Shown: positions 37,051 to 47,501 of the stretch, in pieces
Layout of the letters: the number at the start of each line of letters is the position of its first letter
Numbering within the stretch: position 1 is the stretch's first letter
Assembly: GCA_016296885.1 (NCBI GenBank)
Contig: JAEDHT010000006.1
Span: forward strand, 150-64,149
Length of the DNA: 64,000 bases
Origin: Clostridiaceae bacterium
GTDB lineage: Bacteria > Bacillota > Clostridia > Oscillospirales > Acutalibacteraceae
Direction of reading: 5' to 3'
The notes under the pieces: model-generated
What the model was told of the DNA's origin: nothing
The model's database searches: none
The model's input: the letters and a program-made list of their open reading frames with translations, nothing else
Translations under genes and position numbers: made by a program

Positions 37051-37989
37051 TCAATCAAGACGCTGGCTCCATTCACGCCAGCCCTCGCCTGTGACCTCAT
37101 GTGCATCAGAAACCACTGTGAAAGCTCTGCTATCCACACTGTTTACTATTTTATAAACAGTGTTCACCTGATTAGGCTTAACAGCGCACATCAGAGTGAT
37201 CATATCAGCATTGCTATATCCACCTCTGGATTCAAACACAGTCACACTGCGGTCTATCTTTTTGAAGATTTCTGTTTTTATGCTGTTTTCATGCTCCTGC
37301 TTTGTGACTATAAACATAATCTTTCCTGTGCCCGAATCGGTTATATACATTATTGCATCTATCATCTTAGTATAGATAAACAGCACGATTATAGCATACA
37401 TCGGGCTTTCTACACTGTGAAATACAAAAGCCGATGCAAGCACCACAAAGCCATCCACAGCCATCAACAGCTTTCCTATAGAAAAATGCGGAAACGATTT
37501 GTTTACCATTCGTGCCACAATATCTGTACCACCGGTGGTGGCGTTCCTCGTGAGCACCAGCGCAAGACCTGCACCACCAATTACACCGCCAAACAATGCC
37601 GCAAGAAGTGGATCTTGCTTGTAATACCACTCGACGGGTATGACAGCCGGATTTTCAAAAATCGTAATCGCAACCGAAGTTACCAATGTGGCATATATGG
37701 TCTTTGCCAAAAACTTAAATCCCAACCCGATAGTTGCCCAAATAAGCAAAGGCAGGTTAAATATAAGCACAAGAGTACCGGTGCTAAGCACAGGGAAAAG
37801 CTTGTTTACTAATATAGATATACCCGTCACTCCGCCCGGCGCCATATTGTTAGGATCAATAAATATTGCGATTGATATCGAATAAAGCAACGAGCCTATC
37901 GTCAACAATCCAACTTCCTTAAAAAAACTAAACACAGTTTTTATCGTTAACGGAGTTTTAGGCGTTTTATTCTGTTTTAATTTACTCAT
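37051..37989 (-). CDS. YitT family membrane protein (DUF2179 C-terminal domain)
   Basis: The start MSKLKQNK (CAT at 37987-37989) overlaps the mrnC stop. The IDPNNMAPGGVTGISIL and ATTGGTDI motifs and the C-terminal DUF2179-like soluble domain are present. Confidence 0.85.
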   Translation of the reverse strand: MSKLKQNKTPKTPLTIKTVFSFFKEVGLLTIGSLLYSISIAIFIDPNNMAPGGVTGISILVNKLFPVLSTGTLVLIFNLPLLIWATIGLGFKFLAKTIYATLVTSVAITIFENPAVIPVEWYYKQDPLLAALFGGVIGGAGLALVLTRNATTGGTDIVARMVNKSFPHFSIGKLLMAVDGFVVLASAFVFHSVESPMYAIIVLFIYTKMIDAIMYITDSGTGKIMFIVTKQEHENSIKTEIFKKIDRSVTVFESRGGYSNADMITLMCAVKPNQVNTVYKIVNSVDSRAFTVVSDAHEVTGEGWREWSQRLD

Positions 37990-38389
37990 CAGTCTCACCA
38001 TCATTATTTTTGGAGTAAGAATACAGCTCACGTATTCTCTCGATATTATTTTGCAGATAAAGATACCCAAACAGTGCTTCCAAACCCGTTGCGCTGTGAT
38101 AATCAGCGTTCGAGGCATTTTTTGGAGCCTTCACATGGGCGTTGCGACCACATTTATACACTTTAATTTCGTCCTCGGTCAAAATATTCTCTATAACGTG
38201 GAGCATCTCTGCCTGTGCCTTACAGCACACTCTTGATATTTTTTCTTTGTTCAGCTCTGCCACCGGACGATTACCGGCACACACCAGCTCTTCCCTTACA
38301 AGCAACTCAAACACGCTATCGCCAATAAAAGCAAGATTTAGCGGGCTGTATTCACGCACATTGCAGGGCAAATTAAGCAATCTTTCCAT
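37982..38389 (-). CDS. mrnC: Mini-ribonuclease 3
   Basis: LNLAFIGDSVFELLVRE...YHSATGLEALFGYLYL is the Mini-III signature. Start at MERLLN (CAT at 38387-38389). Confidence 0.85.
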   Translation of the reverse strand: MERLLNLPCNVREYSPLNLAFIGDSVFELLVREELVCAGNRPVAELNKEKISRVCCKAQAEMLHVIENILTEDEIKVYKCGRNAHVKAPKNASNADYHSATGLEALFGYLYLQNNIERIRELYSYSKNNDGETDE

Positions 38390-38457
38390 ATGCGATATGT
38401 ATAGGCATTGCACCTCGAAAAATTCAATGTGCAATATCCTTTCCTTTCTATGACGGA

Positions 38458-39729
38458 TTATTCTACGAAGTCAAATTCTATATCGTAAATTACCACCGAG
38501 TCACCCTCGCCACAACCTCTTCTGCGTAACTCATCTATGACACCGCCGGTGATAAGCATTCTCTGGAAATACTGCATTGACTCATAATCATCAAAATTAA
38601 CAGATTTCATTATCTTAAGCAGCCATTCACCCTCAACGAAATAAACATTATCGTTGTTTGTGATCTTAACTGCATATTTTTCGGTTCTATCCGGAATCAC
38701 AACAGGCTCAGGATCAGGCTCATATTGCTTAATCGGTGGAAGCTTTGATAGCATCTCGACTATTTTGTTGAGCAGTGGGTCTACATCATATCTTATAGCC
38801 GCCATTATCGGGAAGAAGTGATAGCCTTTGCTTTCTACATAATTTTTGAAATTCTCTATCTGCTCATCAGTGGCAAGATCGCACTTATTACCTGCTACAA
38901 GCATTGGGCGTTTGCTTAGTTCTTCGTTAAACTTTGCCAGCTCGTTGTTAATTATATTAAAATCTTCAATAGGATCTCTGCCCTCACTGCCTGATATATC
39001 TACTATATGCACTAACATTCTGCATCTATCCACATGACGAAGGAATTGATGTCCTAATCCAACGCCCTGCCATGCGCCCTCGATGAGTCCCGGTATATCG
39101 GCAATTACAAACGAATTACCCTCTCCCATATTAACTACACCAAGGTTAGGTGTGATAGTAGTAAAATGATAATTAGCGATAACAGGCTTTGCCTCACTCA
39201 CAACAGAAACAAGTGTTGATTTGCCCACATTAGGGAATCCGACAAGTCCCACATCTGCCAAAAGTTTTAGCTCCAAAGTAACGTCAAATTCCTCACCTGG
39301 CATACCCGGCTTAGAAAACCTAGGTGTCTGCCTTGTGGATGTGGAAAAGTGGGTGTTACCCCAGCCGCCCTTGCCTCCTCGTGCAACTATCACAGGCTCT
39401 TTGCCTGAGATATCTGCAATCAATCTGCCGGTTTCGGTTTCTTTGATGATAGTACCAATCGGCACGTGTATCACAAGGTCTTTTGCACTTTTTCCTGTGC
39501 AGCGAGCAGCCTTACCATTTTCACCATTTGGTGCAACATATTTTCTTTTGTATCTAAAATCAGCCAATGTGGAGAGGTTGGAGTCTGCCACGAAAACTAT
39601 GTTTCCGCCTTTGCCTCCGTCACCACCATCAGGGCCACCTGATGCCACATATTTTTCACGGTGAAACGACACTGCTCCGTCGCCACCATCACCGGCTTTT
39701 ATCTTAATTTTTGCTATGTCAACAAACAT
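38458..39729 (-). CDS. obg: GTPase Obg/CgtA
   Basis: MFVDIAKIKIKAGDGGDGAVSFHREKYV Gly-rich Obg fold. G1 GFPNVGKST, DIPGLIEGA, NKCD and a C-terminal OCT-like domain. Confidence 0.95.
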   Translation of the reverse strand: MFVDIAKIKIKAGDGGDGAVSFHREKYVASGGPDGGDGGKGGNIVFVADSNLSTLADFRYKRKYVAPNGENGKAARCTGKSAKDLVIHVPIGTIIKETETGRLIADISGKEPVIVARGGKGGWGNTHFSTSTRQTPRFSKPGMPGEEFDVTLELKLLADVGLVGFPNVGKSTLVSVVSEAKPVIANYHFTTITPNLGVVNMGEGNSFVIADIPGLIEGAWQGVGLGHQFLRHVDRCRMLVHIVDISGSEGRDPIEDFNIINNELAKFNEELSKRPMLVAGNKCDLATDEQIENFKNYVESKGYHFFPIMAAIRYDVDPLLNKIVEMLSKLPPIKQYEPDPEPVVIPDRTEKYAVKITNNDNVYFVEGEWLLKIMKSVNFDDYESMQYFQRMLITGGVIDELRRRGCGEGDSVVIYDIEFDFVE

Positions 39730-39818
39730 TTTTATTCCTCCTTGCTGTCACATCCTCTGTAAAATCAGATGTGCAAAGAAAAAGTCCTTTTTGCCTTTAT
39801 AATGCAAATCTGCTACTA

Positions 39819-40907
39819 TTATTTATCGGCTAACTCGTAACCAAGCAATTCTTTTGGTAGCTTTGCGAAATTGTGGTAGCCGTCCTTTGTAACAAGCACC
39901 ATATCCTCTATTCTCACACCAAACTCGCCAGGAAGATAGATTCCCGGCTCGATTGTGATCACCATGCCCTCTTCGAGAACAGTGTCGCATGATGGTGACA
40001 CACCCGGCTTCTCGTGGATCTCAATACCTACACCATGGCCTGTGGAATGACGGAAATAGTCGCCATATCCTGCCTCGGTGATAATATCACGTGCGGCTTT
40101 GTCTATATCACTGCACTTTACGCCAGCCTTTACCATTTCAAGCGCTGTGAGCTGTGCCTCTAATACAATACTATATATATCACACATTTTTTGGTTTACT
40201 TCGCCGATAGCTACTGTGCGTGTCATATCACTGTGATATCCATCATACACAGCGCCTATGTCCATTGTGAAAAATGAGTTATCCTCTATCACGCTTTCGT
40301 CAGGCTCGCCATGTGGCATTGATGTCTTTTTGCCACTGATTGTGATCAAATCGAAAGATACCTCAGATGCACCCAGCTTTTTCATTTCATATTCGAGTTC
40401 TAGTGCAAACTCACGCTCTGTCATGCCTTTGTGAAGCTTTTCGAGAGTTTTGAGCATAGCTTCCTCTGAGATTTCCTGTGCTTTTTGTATTTTTAATTTT
40501 TCGTTTTCGTCTTTGATTAGTCTTAGCTCAGACAAAAGCTTGTCGAGAGTATTATCCGACACAGCCTTCACTCCTGCTTCCTCAAGCTTTGCACAAAACG
40601 CATTTGATGCACTCACGCAGAGATTATCCTGCTCAAGATAAACAGTAGTAATATTATCTGATTTTATTATTTCATTTATGCCCTCAAAAAGTCTTGAAAA
40701 GCACACCACCTTGCAGTGCTTTACAGCAAGCTCGCAAGCCTCTATATATCTGGAATCTACCAACAGATAGGCATTGTTTTTATCAATTAGCAATGCACCA
40801 TCAGTAGACTTGAATCCAGTGAGATAAAAGTTGTGCAATTCTGATATAATCAAGTATGCACTGCCATCTGCCAAACTGTTTTGTAGCTTTTTTATTTTAT
40901 TTATCAT
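39819..40907 (-). CDS. Xaa-Pro aminopeptidase / M24B family peptidase
   Basis: FFTMDIGAVYDGYHSDMTRT, HSTGHGVGIEIHE and ITIEPGIY...GVRIED are pita-bread metal ligand motifs. Start at MINKIKK after a GGAGG RBS. Confidence 0.85.
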   Translation of the reverse strand: MINKIKKLQNSLADGSAYLIISELHNFYLTGFKSTDGALLIDKNNAYLLVDSRYIEACELAVKHCKVVCFSRLFEGINEIIKSDNITTVYLEQDNLCVSASNAFCAKLEEAGVKAVSDNTLDKLLSELRLIKDENEKLKIQKAQEISEEAMLKTLEKLHKGMTEREFALELEYEMKKLGASEVSFDLITISGKKTSMPHGEPDESVIEDNSFFTMDIGAVYDGYHSDMTRTVAIGEVNQKMCDIYSIVLEAQLTALEMVKAGVKCSDIDKAARDIITEAGYGDYFRHSTGHGVGIEIHEKPGVSPSCDTVLEEGMVITIEPGIYLPGEFGVRIEDMVLVTKDGYHNFAKLPKELLGYELADK

Positions 40908-40948
40908 AAATTTCAATCCTCCGATCAAAATACAACATTGCAATTACA

Positions 40949-41452
40949 TTAAAAAGGATTACTTCGGCTCATATTTTTATTATGAAAGCGTTTGAAAAGT
41001 CGTCTTCTAAACCCTACAGTGCCTGCCTCGTTAGATGTATCTATAGGCTCTATCAAAGCTGATTTTAAAAAGCTGATATTAGCACCGAGTATATCGGTGA
41101 AAATCTGATCACCGCACACAAGCACATTTTTTCGTTTTGATTTCGACTTTATAAGTGCTCTGGTATAGCCAAATGGCGATGGCTTGAGGCACATATGCAC
41201 AAAGTCGATATCTACACGCTTTGCAAATGGCTCCACATTTCTTTTATAATTATTTGAACACAAAATGATTTTAAACCCATCACTTTTGATATCATCAAGC
41301 CACAGTAGCACATCTTCGCTCACATTATCATCCGAAAACCTTTTGATAGTGTTGTCAATATCTAAAAACAAAGTGTCTATATTCATTTTGCGAAGAATAT
41401 CGGGTGTGATGTCTGTAACCTTATTAAAATGACAATACGAGCGAAAAATCAT
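40949..41452 (-). CDS. YqeG family HAD-IIIA phosphatase
   Basis: LFLDIDNTI (DxDxT), CSNN and GDQIFTDILG. Size and the position upstream of the obg region fit the yqeG family. Confidence 0.75.
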   Translation of the reverse strand: MIFRSYCHFNKVTDITPDILRKMNIDTLFLDIDNTIKRFSDDNVSEDVLLWLDDIKSDGFKIILCSNNYKRNVEPFAKRVDIDFVHMCLKPSPFGYTRALIKSKSKRKNVLVCGDQIFTDILGANISFLKSALIEPIDTSNEAGTVGFRRRLFKRFHNKNMSRSNPF

Positions 41453-41583
41453 TGTGTCATCCCTTTTTTAGCTTCGATTGGTGATACGGACTGCATAAAG
41501 TTCAAAAGGAGCAACACAAAACCGTATGCGATCTTGCACTGCTCCCTTTTAATCCAAATCAATCCGAATAGATAAGAAGTCGA

Positions 41584-41760
41584 TTATTTAAATTTTCTCT
41601 TACGAGCTGCTTCAGACTTCTTTTTACGCTTTACAGAAGGCTTCTCATAAGCTTGTCTTTTGCGAACTTCTGCAATAACGCCTTCTCTTGCATACTGTCT
41701 TTTAAATCTTCTCAAAGCACTTTCAAGAGACTCGTTGTCTTTAACTTTTACTTCAGCCAT
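41584..41760 (-). CDS. rpsU: 30S ribosomal protein S21
   Basis: [68 protein letters not shown]. Confidence 0.95.
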   Translation of the reverse strand: MAEVKVKDNESLESALRRFKRQYAREGVIAEVRKRQAYEKPSVKRKKKSEAARKRKFK

Positions 41761-41818
41761 TATAATTTCCCTCCCATCCGCCGTACGGCAGGGGTTTAAT
41801 TGCAAAACTGCTTTGCTG

Positions 41819-41848
41819 ATTATACTACTAAAGATATAGTTTTGTCAA
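41819..41848 (-). promoter_or_regulatory. consensus sigma-A-type promoter for rpsU
   Basis: Minus strand: TTGACA (41848-41843), 18-nt spacer, TATAAT (41824-41819). The ~50-nt leader contains a CUGCC-GUAC-GGCGG hairpin next to the SD. Confidence 0.55.
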
Positions 41849-41980
41849 TAGCAAAAAGTGAAAAATGACGAAAAAATATTTATTTTTCTAATTATTTTGC
41901 CAAATCACGTATTATTTGTTTGCTAAAAGGTGTAAAAATATATTTTTTCTCCCATACACAAATATATTTTACTAAATATA

Positions 41981-42008
41981 TTGAAAATATGCAAGTTTTT
42001 GGTATAAT
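41981..42008 (+). promoter_or_regulatory. sigma-A-type promoter with extended -10 for gltX
   Basis: TTGAAA (41981-41986), 16-nt spacer ending in TGg, TATAAT (42003-42008). Confidence 0.55.
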
Positions 42009-42058
42009 AATTAGGTATGTATAAAAAACAAAGGAGGAAAGATGCGTTTTTTAAGCGC

Positions 42059-43525
42059 ATGAAAAGTATGAGCGAAAAAACAGTAAGAACCAGATATGCA
42101 CCAAGCCCAACAGGCTTTATGCACGTAGGAAACCTTAGAACAGCATTATATGAATACCTTACCGCAAAATCACAAGGCGGAAAGTTTATTTTGAGAATAG
42201 AAGACACTGACCGTGAGAGATATGTGGATGGTGCTGTAGATATCATTTATAACACCCTTAATCAAGCAGGATTAAAGCATGATGAAGGTCCTGATATCGG
42301 CGGTGACTTTGGGCCATATGTGCAGAGTGAGCGCAAAGATATGTATTTGCCATATGCTATGAAGCTGATTGAGGATGGCAAGGCTTATCGTTGCTTCTGT
42401 AGCAAAGAAAGACTCGAACAGCTTCGTGAGAGTGAAGAGTTTGCTGCCGGTGGATATGATAGAAAGTGCCGTGATCTCTCTGAAGAAGAAATTCAGAAGT
42501 TGCTCGATGCCGGCACACCATATGTTATTCGCCAAAAGATGCCAATAGATGGCGAAACATCTTTCACAGATTCTGTGTTTGGCACAATCACAGTAGACAA
42601 TAAAGAGTTACAGGACCAAATCCTGATAAAAGAAGACGGCTACCCTACCTATAACTTTGCAAATGTTATTGACGACCACACAATGGGCATAACCCACGTG
42701 GTAAGAGGTTGTGAGTACCTCTCCTCCACCCCAAAATACAATCTGCTTTATGAGGCATTTGGCTGGGATATCCCCACCTATATTCACCTGCCACTTATCA
42801 TGGGCAAGGATGCAGAAGGCACAGTTTCTAAGCTATCTAAAAGACATGGCTCCACAGGCTTTGAAGACCTTGTTAGAGAAGGCTATCTGCCGGAGGCTAT
42901 TATAAACTACATTGCTTTGTTGGGCTGGTGTCCTAAAGACAACCAAGAGATATTTACAATAGAAGAGCTTGAAAAGGCTTTCTTTATCGGTGGCATAAGT
43001 AAGTCACCATCTATATTTGACTATGACAAGCTGGCATGGTTTAACTCAGAATATATCAAAAATATGGAGCTTGAAAAATTCGCAGAGCTATGCGCTCCTT
43101 ACTTTGAGCAGGCAGGCTGTGGCAACCTTGATAAGGTAAAGCTTGCGTCTATACTGCAAAAGAGAGTATCTAAGCTTACAGAGATACCTGAAATGGTAGA
43201 GTTTTTTGCAAACATACCGGATTATGACATAGAGCTTTTTGTAAACAAAAAGAGCAAAACCACACTCGAAAATGCACCTGTAATTCTCGGCAACGTTACA
43301 GAAGCACTCAGAGCTTTGGAGAGCTGGGATAGCGAGACTATTCATGACTGCTTTATGAAGCTTGCAGAGAAATACGAGCTCAAAAACGGCACAGTGATGT
43401 GGCCTGCAAGAATAGCTGTTTCGGGCAAAACTGTAACACCTGGTGGCGCTGTTGAAATACTTGATATTCTCGGAAGAGATGAGTCACTCAAAAGACTGGA
43501 AGCAGGTCTTGCAAAATTAGGATAA
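42059..43525 (+). CDS. gltX: glutamate--tRNA ligase
   Basis: RTRYAPSPTGFMHVGNLRTALYEYL (HIGH-type) and KLSKRHG (KMSKS-type). The start is ambiguous among 42017, 42059 and 42068. Confidence 0.9.
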   Translation: MKSMSEKTVRTRYAPSPTGFMHVGNLRTALYEYLTAKSQGGKFILRIEDTDRERYVDGAVDIIYNTLNQAGLKHDEGPDIGGDFGPYVQSERKDMYLPYAMKLIEDGKAYRCFCSKERLEQLRESEEFAAGGYDRKCRDLSEEEIQKLLDAGTPYVIRQKMPIDGETSFTDSVFGTITVDNKELQDQILIKEDGYPTYNFANVIDDHTMGITHVVRGCEYLSSTPKYNLLYEAFGWDIPTYIHLPLIMGKDAEGTVSKLSKRHGSTGFEDLVREGYLPEAIINYIALLGWCPKDNQEIFTIEELEKAFFIGGISKSPSIFDYDKLAWFNSEYIKNMELEKFAELCAPYFEQAGCGNLDKVKLASILQKRVSKLTEIPEMVEFFANIPDYDIELFVNKKSKTTLENAPVILGNVTEALRALESWDSETIHDCFMKLAEKYELKNGTVMWPARIAVSGKTVTPGGAVEILDILGRDESLKRLEAGLAKLG

Positions 43526-43548
43526 TAATTAAAAAGGAATGATAAAAT

Positions 43549-45213
43549 ATGGCAGATGAAATTTTCAGCAATTTTATAGAAGATTTTGTAAAAGAAGATA
43601 TCGCCGAGGGTGGCAGAGTAGCAGGACAACAGGTGCATACACGTTTTCCGCCTGAGCCAAACGGATATCTCCACATTGGCCATGCAAAGGCTATCTGCAT
43701 AGATTTTGGCATAGCAGAAAAGTTTAACGGCATATGCAATCTGCGCATGGACGATACCAACCCAACTAAAGAAGACGTGGAATATGTGGATGCTATCAAA
43801 GAAGACATCAAATGGCTTGGCTTCACTTGGGATGACAGATTTTATTTTGCATCAGAATATTTTGATAAGATGTATGAATGTGCTGTAGAGCTGATAAAAA
43901 AAGGTCTCGCATATGTGTGCGAGCTTAGCCCTGAGGAAATGCGCTTAAACAGAGGCGACCTCTCTCATCCTGCTGTTAGTCCATATCGTGATAGACCAAT
44001 GGAAGAGAGCCTAGACCTCTTCGAAAGAATGAAAAACGGTGAATTTGAAGACGGAAAAATGACTCTCCGTGCAAAAATAGACCTCAACTCAGGCAACTTT
44101 AATATGCGTGATCCTGTAATCTACAGAATCAACAGAATCAGGCATCACCGCACAGGTGACAAGTGGTGCATATATCCTATGTATGACTTTGCTCATCCTA
44201 TCGAAGATGCTATGGAGTGTATCACTCACTCTCTCTGTTCACTGGAGTTTGAGGACCACCGTCCACTTTATGATTGGGTAGTAAACAATGTAACATTGCC
44301 ATCAAGACCACGACAGATAGAGTTTGCCAGACTTGGCATAAACAACACTGTAATGAGTAAGAGAAAGCTGAGAAAGCTTGTGGAGGAAGGCTATGTAGAT
44401 GGTTGGGACGATCCTAGAATGCCTACTCTTTGCGGACTTAGAAGACGTGGCTACACACCAACTTCTATTCGCAACTTCTGCGAGAGAATCGGCGTTTCTA
44501 AGGTAAACAGTATTGTAGAATACAGCTTTTTGGAGCACTGCTTGCGTGAAGACCTCAACGATAACGCAAAAAGAACAATGGCTGTAATAAACCCAATCAA
44601 GCTTATTCTTACCAACTATCCTGAAGACCTCACAGAGGAATTTGAGGTAGAGAACAATCCAAACAGACCCGAAGACGGCACTCGCACTGTAACTTTCTCC
44701 AGAGAAAGCTATATCGAAGCCGACGACTTTATGGAAGAGCCTATTAAGGGTTATCACCGTTTTTATGTTGGAAATGAGGTTAGACTAAAGACAACATATG
44801 TTGTAAAATGCACAGGCTTCAAAAAAGATGAAAACGGAAAAGTTGTTGAAGTTTATGCTGAGTATGATCCGGAAACAAGAGGCGGAAACACTCCTGACGG
44901 CAGAAAGGTAAGAGGTACAGTTCACTGGGTAGATGCTAAAAACTGTCTTGACGCAGAAGTGAGATTGTATAACAATCTGTTTACAGTGCCGGACCCAGAC
45001 ACAGGTGACAAAGACTTCCTTGATTATCTCAACGATGAATCACTCGTAGTAATCAAAAACTGTAAGGTAGAAAAATCTATGCGTGATGATGATGTAACAT
45101 CATATCAGTTTATGAGATTGGGATATTTCTGCCGTGATAGCAAACACAGCACACCTGATCACCTCGTTTATAACAGAAGCGTATCGTTAAAAGACGGCTT
45201 TAAAAAGAAATAA
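43549..45213 (+). CDS. glnS: glutamine--tRNA ligase
   Basis: [30 protein letters not shown] and the C-terminal anticodon-binding beta-barrels pattern typical of GlnRS. Confidence 0.95.
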   Translation: MADEIFSNFIEDFVKEDIAEGGRVAGQQVHTRFPPEPNGYLHIGHAKAICIDFGIAEKFNGICNLRMDDTNPTKEDVEYVDAIKEDIKWLGFTWDDRFYFASEYFDKMYECAVELIKKGLAYVCELSPEEMRLNRGDLSHPAVSPYRDRPMEESLDLFERMKNGEFEDGKMTLRAKIDLNSGNFNMRDPVIYRINRIRHHRTGDKWCIYPMYDFAHPIEDAMECITHSLCSLEFEDHRPLYDWVVNNVTLPSRPRQIEFARLGINNTVMSKRKLRKLVEEGYVDGWDDPRMPTLCGLRRRGYTPTSIRNFCERIGVSKVNSIVEYSFLEHCLREDLNDNAKRTMAVINPIKLILTNYPEDLTEEFEVENNPNRPEDGTRTVTFSRESYIEADDFMEEPIKGYHRFYVGNEVRLKTTYVVKCTGFKKDENGKVVEVYAEYDPETRGGNTPDGRKVRGTVHWVDAKNCLDAEVRLYNNLFTVPDPDTGDKDFLDYLNDESLVVIKNCKVEKSMRDDDVTSYQFMRLGYFCRDSKHSTPDHLVYNRSVSLKDGFKKK

Positions 45214-45224
45214 TACAAAACTAT

Positions 45225-45277
45225 AAAGTCTTAAATGTCGTGTTTTATACCAAAGCGACTTTAAGACTTTGTTTTTT
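45225..45277 (+). terminator. rho-independent terminator
   Basis: AAAGTCTTAAA-GTCG ... CGACTTTAAGACTTT hairpin followed by GTTTTTT. Confidence 0.8.
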
Positions 45278-45296
45278 AGGAGGCTGACTTAAAAAG

Positions 45297-46184
45297 ATGA
45301 ACAAAAAAAGCGTGCAGGTGAAGGCGCCTGCTAAAATTAACCTCACCCTTAACATAGAAGAAAAGCGTGCCGATGGCTATCACAATGTGGATATGATTAT
45401 GCAGGCGGTGGATCTATACGATATTATCACTGTCACACCAAATGATAGTGGTGATATAACTATAAGCTGTAATGTGCAGGGTGTGCCTCTTAATGAAAGC
45501 AACCTTGTGCATAAGGCTGCGGTAGGTTTTTTTGAGATGAATCCGGAGCTTTTTAACGGAGTGCATATAGACATAGAGAAGCACATACCTATGCAGGCAG
45601 GGCTTGCAGGTGGCAGCACCGACTGTGCAGCTGCACTGTTGGGGCTTAATTTTGCCTATGGCGAACCATTGATGATAGATGAGCTGATGATAATAGGAGC
45701 AAAGCTTGGAGCAGATGTGCCGTTTTGCTTTAATGGTGCCACAGCGTATGCCACAGGCATCGGCACAACTCTCGAAAAGATAAACGATATGCCTGGGTGT
45801 CACATCATTCTGATCAAGCCTGAGATAAATGTTTCTACAAAAGAGGCGTATCAAAAGTCGGATGCCCGCACAAAATTTTATCCCAGAGCCAGCATTAAGA
45901 TGATATCTGCGATAAAAAGTGAGGATTTTGATGGTGTGTGTGATGCACTCCACAACGATTTTCAGCAAATTCTAAAAATTGATGAAGTAGAAGAAATTGT
46001 AGAAAACCTAAAAGGTGCAGGAGCAAGAAATGCTTGTATGAGCGGAAGCGGACCTAGCGTATTTGGTCTTTTTAATGACAAGTCTGTTGCTGTGAGAGCT
46101 TTTGATAAGCTTAAAAGCAAATATAACAACATTTTTATATGCAACCCTATAAAATCCGGTTGTGAAATCGTTCTTGATGAATAA
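45297..46184 (+). CDS. ispE: 4-(cytidine 5'-diphospho)-2-C-methyl-D-erythritol kinase
   Basis: APAKINLTLNI and the GHMP kinase motif PMQAGLAGGSTDCAA. Confidence 0.9.
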   Translation: MNKKSVQVKAPAKINLTLNIEEKRADGYHNVDMIMQAVDLYDIITVTPNDSGDITISCNVQGVPLNESNLVHKAAVGFFEMNPELFNGVHIDIEKHIPMQAGLAGGSTDCAAALLGLNFAYGEPLMIDELMIIGAKLGADVPFCFNGATAYATGIGTTLEKINDMPGCHIILIKPEINVSTKEAYQKSDARTKFYPRASIKMISAIKSEDFDGVCDALHNDFQQILKIDEVEEIVENLKGAGARNACMSGSGPSVFGLFNDKSVAVRAFDKLKSKYNNIFICNPIKSGCEIVLDE

Positions 46185-46243
46185 ACTTAAGAAAATCAGC
46201 CCATTATGTGATTATAAAAAATTACATAGTGGAGCTGATTTTT

Positions 46244-46852
46244 TTGAAAAGGACAGATAGACTGATAAAATCACTGGCGTGTGCATTTATATTTACATTA
46301 ATTTTTCAATCACTTAGCCTTTATGGTGAATGTCTTGGGATAGAGAAAAATACTTTCAGGCTACATATTCTTGCAAACTCTGATAGCGAAGAAGATCAAG
46401 CACTCAAGCTTCAGCTAAGAGATGCTGTGCTAAAATACACAGAAAATATGTTTCAAAGTGCTGATACCTCACACAATGCCGAGATGCTTGTGAAAAAAAA
46501 GATGGCTGAGATATCATGTTTTTCGCAAAAATTCATATATTCAAAGGGATATAATTATAAAGTGAATTTACAAATCACAAATATGTATTTCAACACAAGG
46601 GTTTATGAGAATTTTACCCTACCTGCCGGCTACTATGATGCATTGAGAATTGTAATTGGTAGTGGAGATGGCCATAACTGGTGGTGTGTTATGTTTCCTC
46701 AGCTATGCTTGCCATCAGCAGAGAACAAATCTGACGAAATTTACACTGATGGGCAAAAAGAGCTTATAAAAGGCGGTGTAAAATACGAATATAAATTTAA
46801 GATTGTGGAATGGTATCAAAATATTGTGAACCTATTTAACGGTAACAGATAA
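46244..46852 (+). CDS. spoIIR: stage II sporulation protein R
   Basis: FRLHILANSDSEEDQALKLQLRD and GDGHNWWCVMFPQLC are SpoIIR signatures. The start is uncertain (TTG at 46244 after GGAG, or GTG at 46208). Confidence 0.8.
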   Translation: MKRTDRLIKSLACAFIFTLIFQSLSLYGECLGIEKNTFRLHILANSDSEEDQALKLQLRDAVLKYTENMFQSADTSHNAEMLVKKKMAEISCFSQKFIYSKGYNYKVNLQITNMYFNTRVYENFTLPAGYYDALRIVIGSGDGHNWWCVMFPQLCLPSAENKSDEIYTDGQKELIKGGVKYEYKFKIVEWYQNIVNLFNGNR

Positions 46853-46855
46853 TTC

Positions 46856-46892
46856 CTACCCGGAGCTTTAACTAGGCTTCGGGTAGTCTTTT
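46856..46892 (+). terminator. rho-independent terminator
   Basis: CTACCCGGAGC (46856-46866) / GCTTCGGGTAG (46876-46886), followed by TCTTTTG. Confidence 0.7.
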
Positions 46893-47085
46893 GTAATCTA
46901 TTTTCAATTAGTTTTAATTAATTTATTAGTCCAAAAATACGGATTTAGCACTTTTTTAGATAACGCTTAGAGGTGGCGTTTATCCTCCTTCGCAAAGAAA
47001 AGATTAAGAATTCTAACCAGCATATATTAAACTATAAATATAAATTTATTAAAAACATAGGTATAAGCTAAATTTTAAAAACTCC

Positions 47086-47114
47086 TTGACAAATTCATAC
47101 AAAAGGGTTACAAT
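47086..47114 (+). promoter_or_regulatory. consensus sigma-A-type promoter for rnpB
   Basis: TTGACA (47086-47091), 17-nt spacer, TACAAT (47109-47114), 7-8 nt upstream of the predicted RNA 5' end. Confidence 0.65.
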
Positions 47115-47121
47115 CAATCTA

Positions 47122-47473
47122 TATGACCGGGTCGGACAGTCGCGGATGCAATGCCTAAAGGCAGTATTCCGAGGAAAGTCCGAGCTTCACAGAGCAAAAT
47201 AGCGGCTAACCGCCGCCGAGGGCGACCTTAGGGAAAGTGCAACAGAAATAAACCGCCTGTTTTTTGCAGGTAAGGATGGAAAGGCGAGGTAAGAGCTCAC
47301 CACCGACGAGGGAACTCTGTCGGTCTGTAAACCCTATTTGAAGCAACACCGTGGTACGGAGCATATATACGCTTGCTCGGCGTGCTCCAGGAGGTGGCAC
47401 CGAGCATTGGTGGCAACACCATGCCAAGATAGATGACTGTTCAAGACAAAACTCGGCTTACAGACCCGATCAT
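47122..47473 (+). ncRNA. rnpB: RNase P RNA (bacterial)
   Basis: Universally conserved GAGGAAAGTCCGAGC (P4 5' strand), ACAGAAA, GTAAGAGC and ACAAAACTCGGCTTACAG (P4 3' strand). P1 pairs ATGACCGGGTC with GACCCGATCAT. About 352 nt. Confidence 0.9.
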
Positions 47474-47501
47474 TAATTTTATTATGAAATGAGGACTTGC
47501 T

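Noticed and set aside
37099-37885. Plus-strand ORFs 37099..37812 (237 aa) and 37640..37885
   Set aside because: They are antisense to the YitT membrane protein gene, which has clear family motifs. There is no RBS, and the His/Cys/Lys-rich composition is implausible.
42272-45968. Assorted antisense ORFs within gltX, glnS and ispE (for example 43342..43826, 44302..44757 and 45414..45968)
   Set aside because: They are embedded in strongly supported housekeeping genes on the opposite strand. None has an RBS or a recognisable motif.
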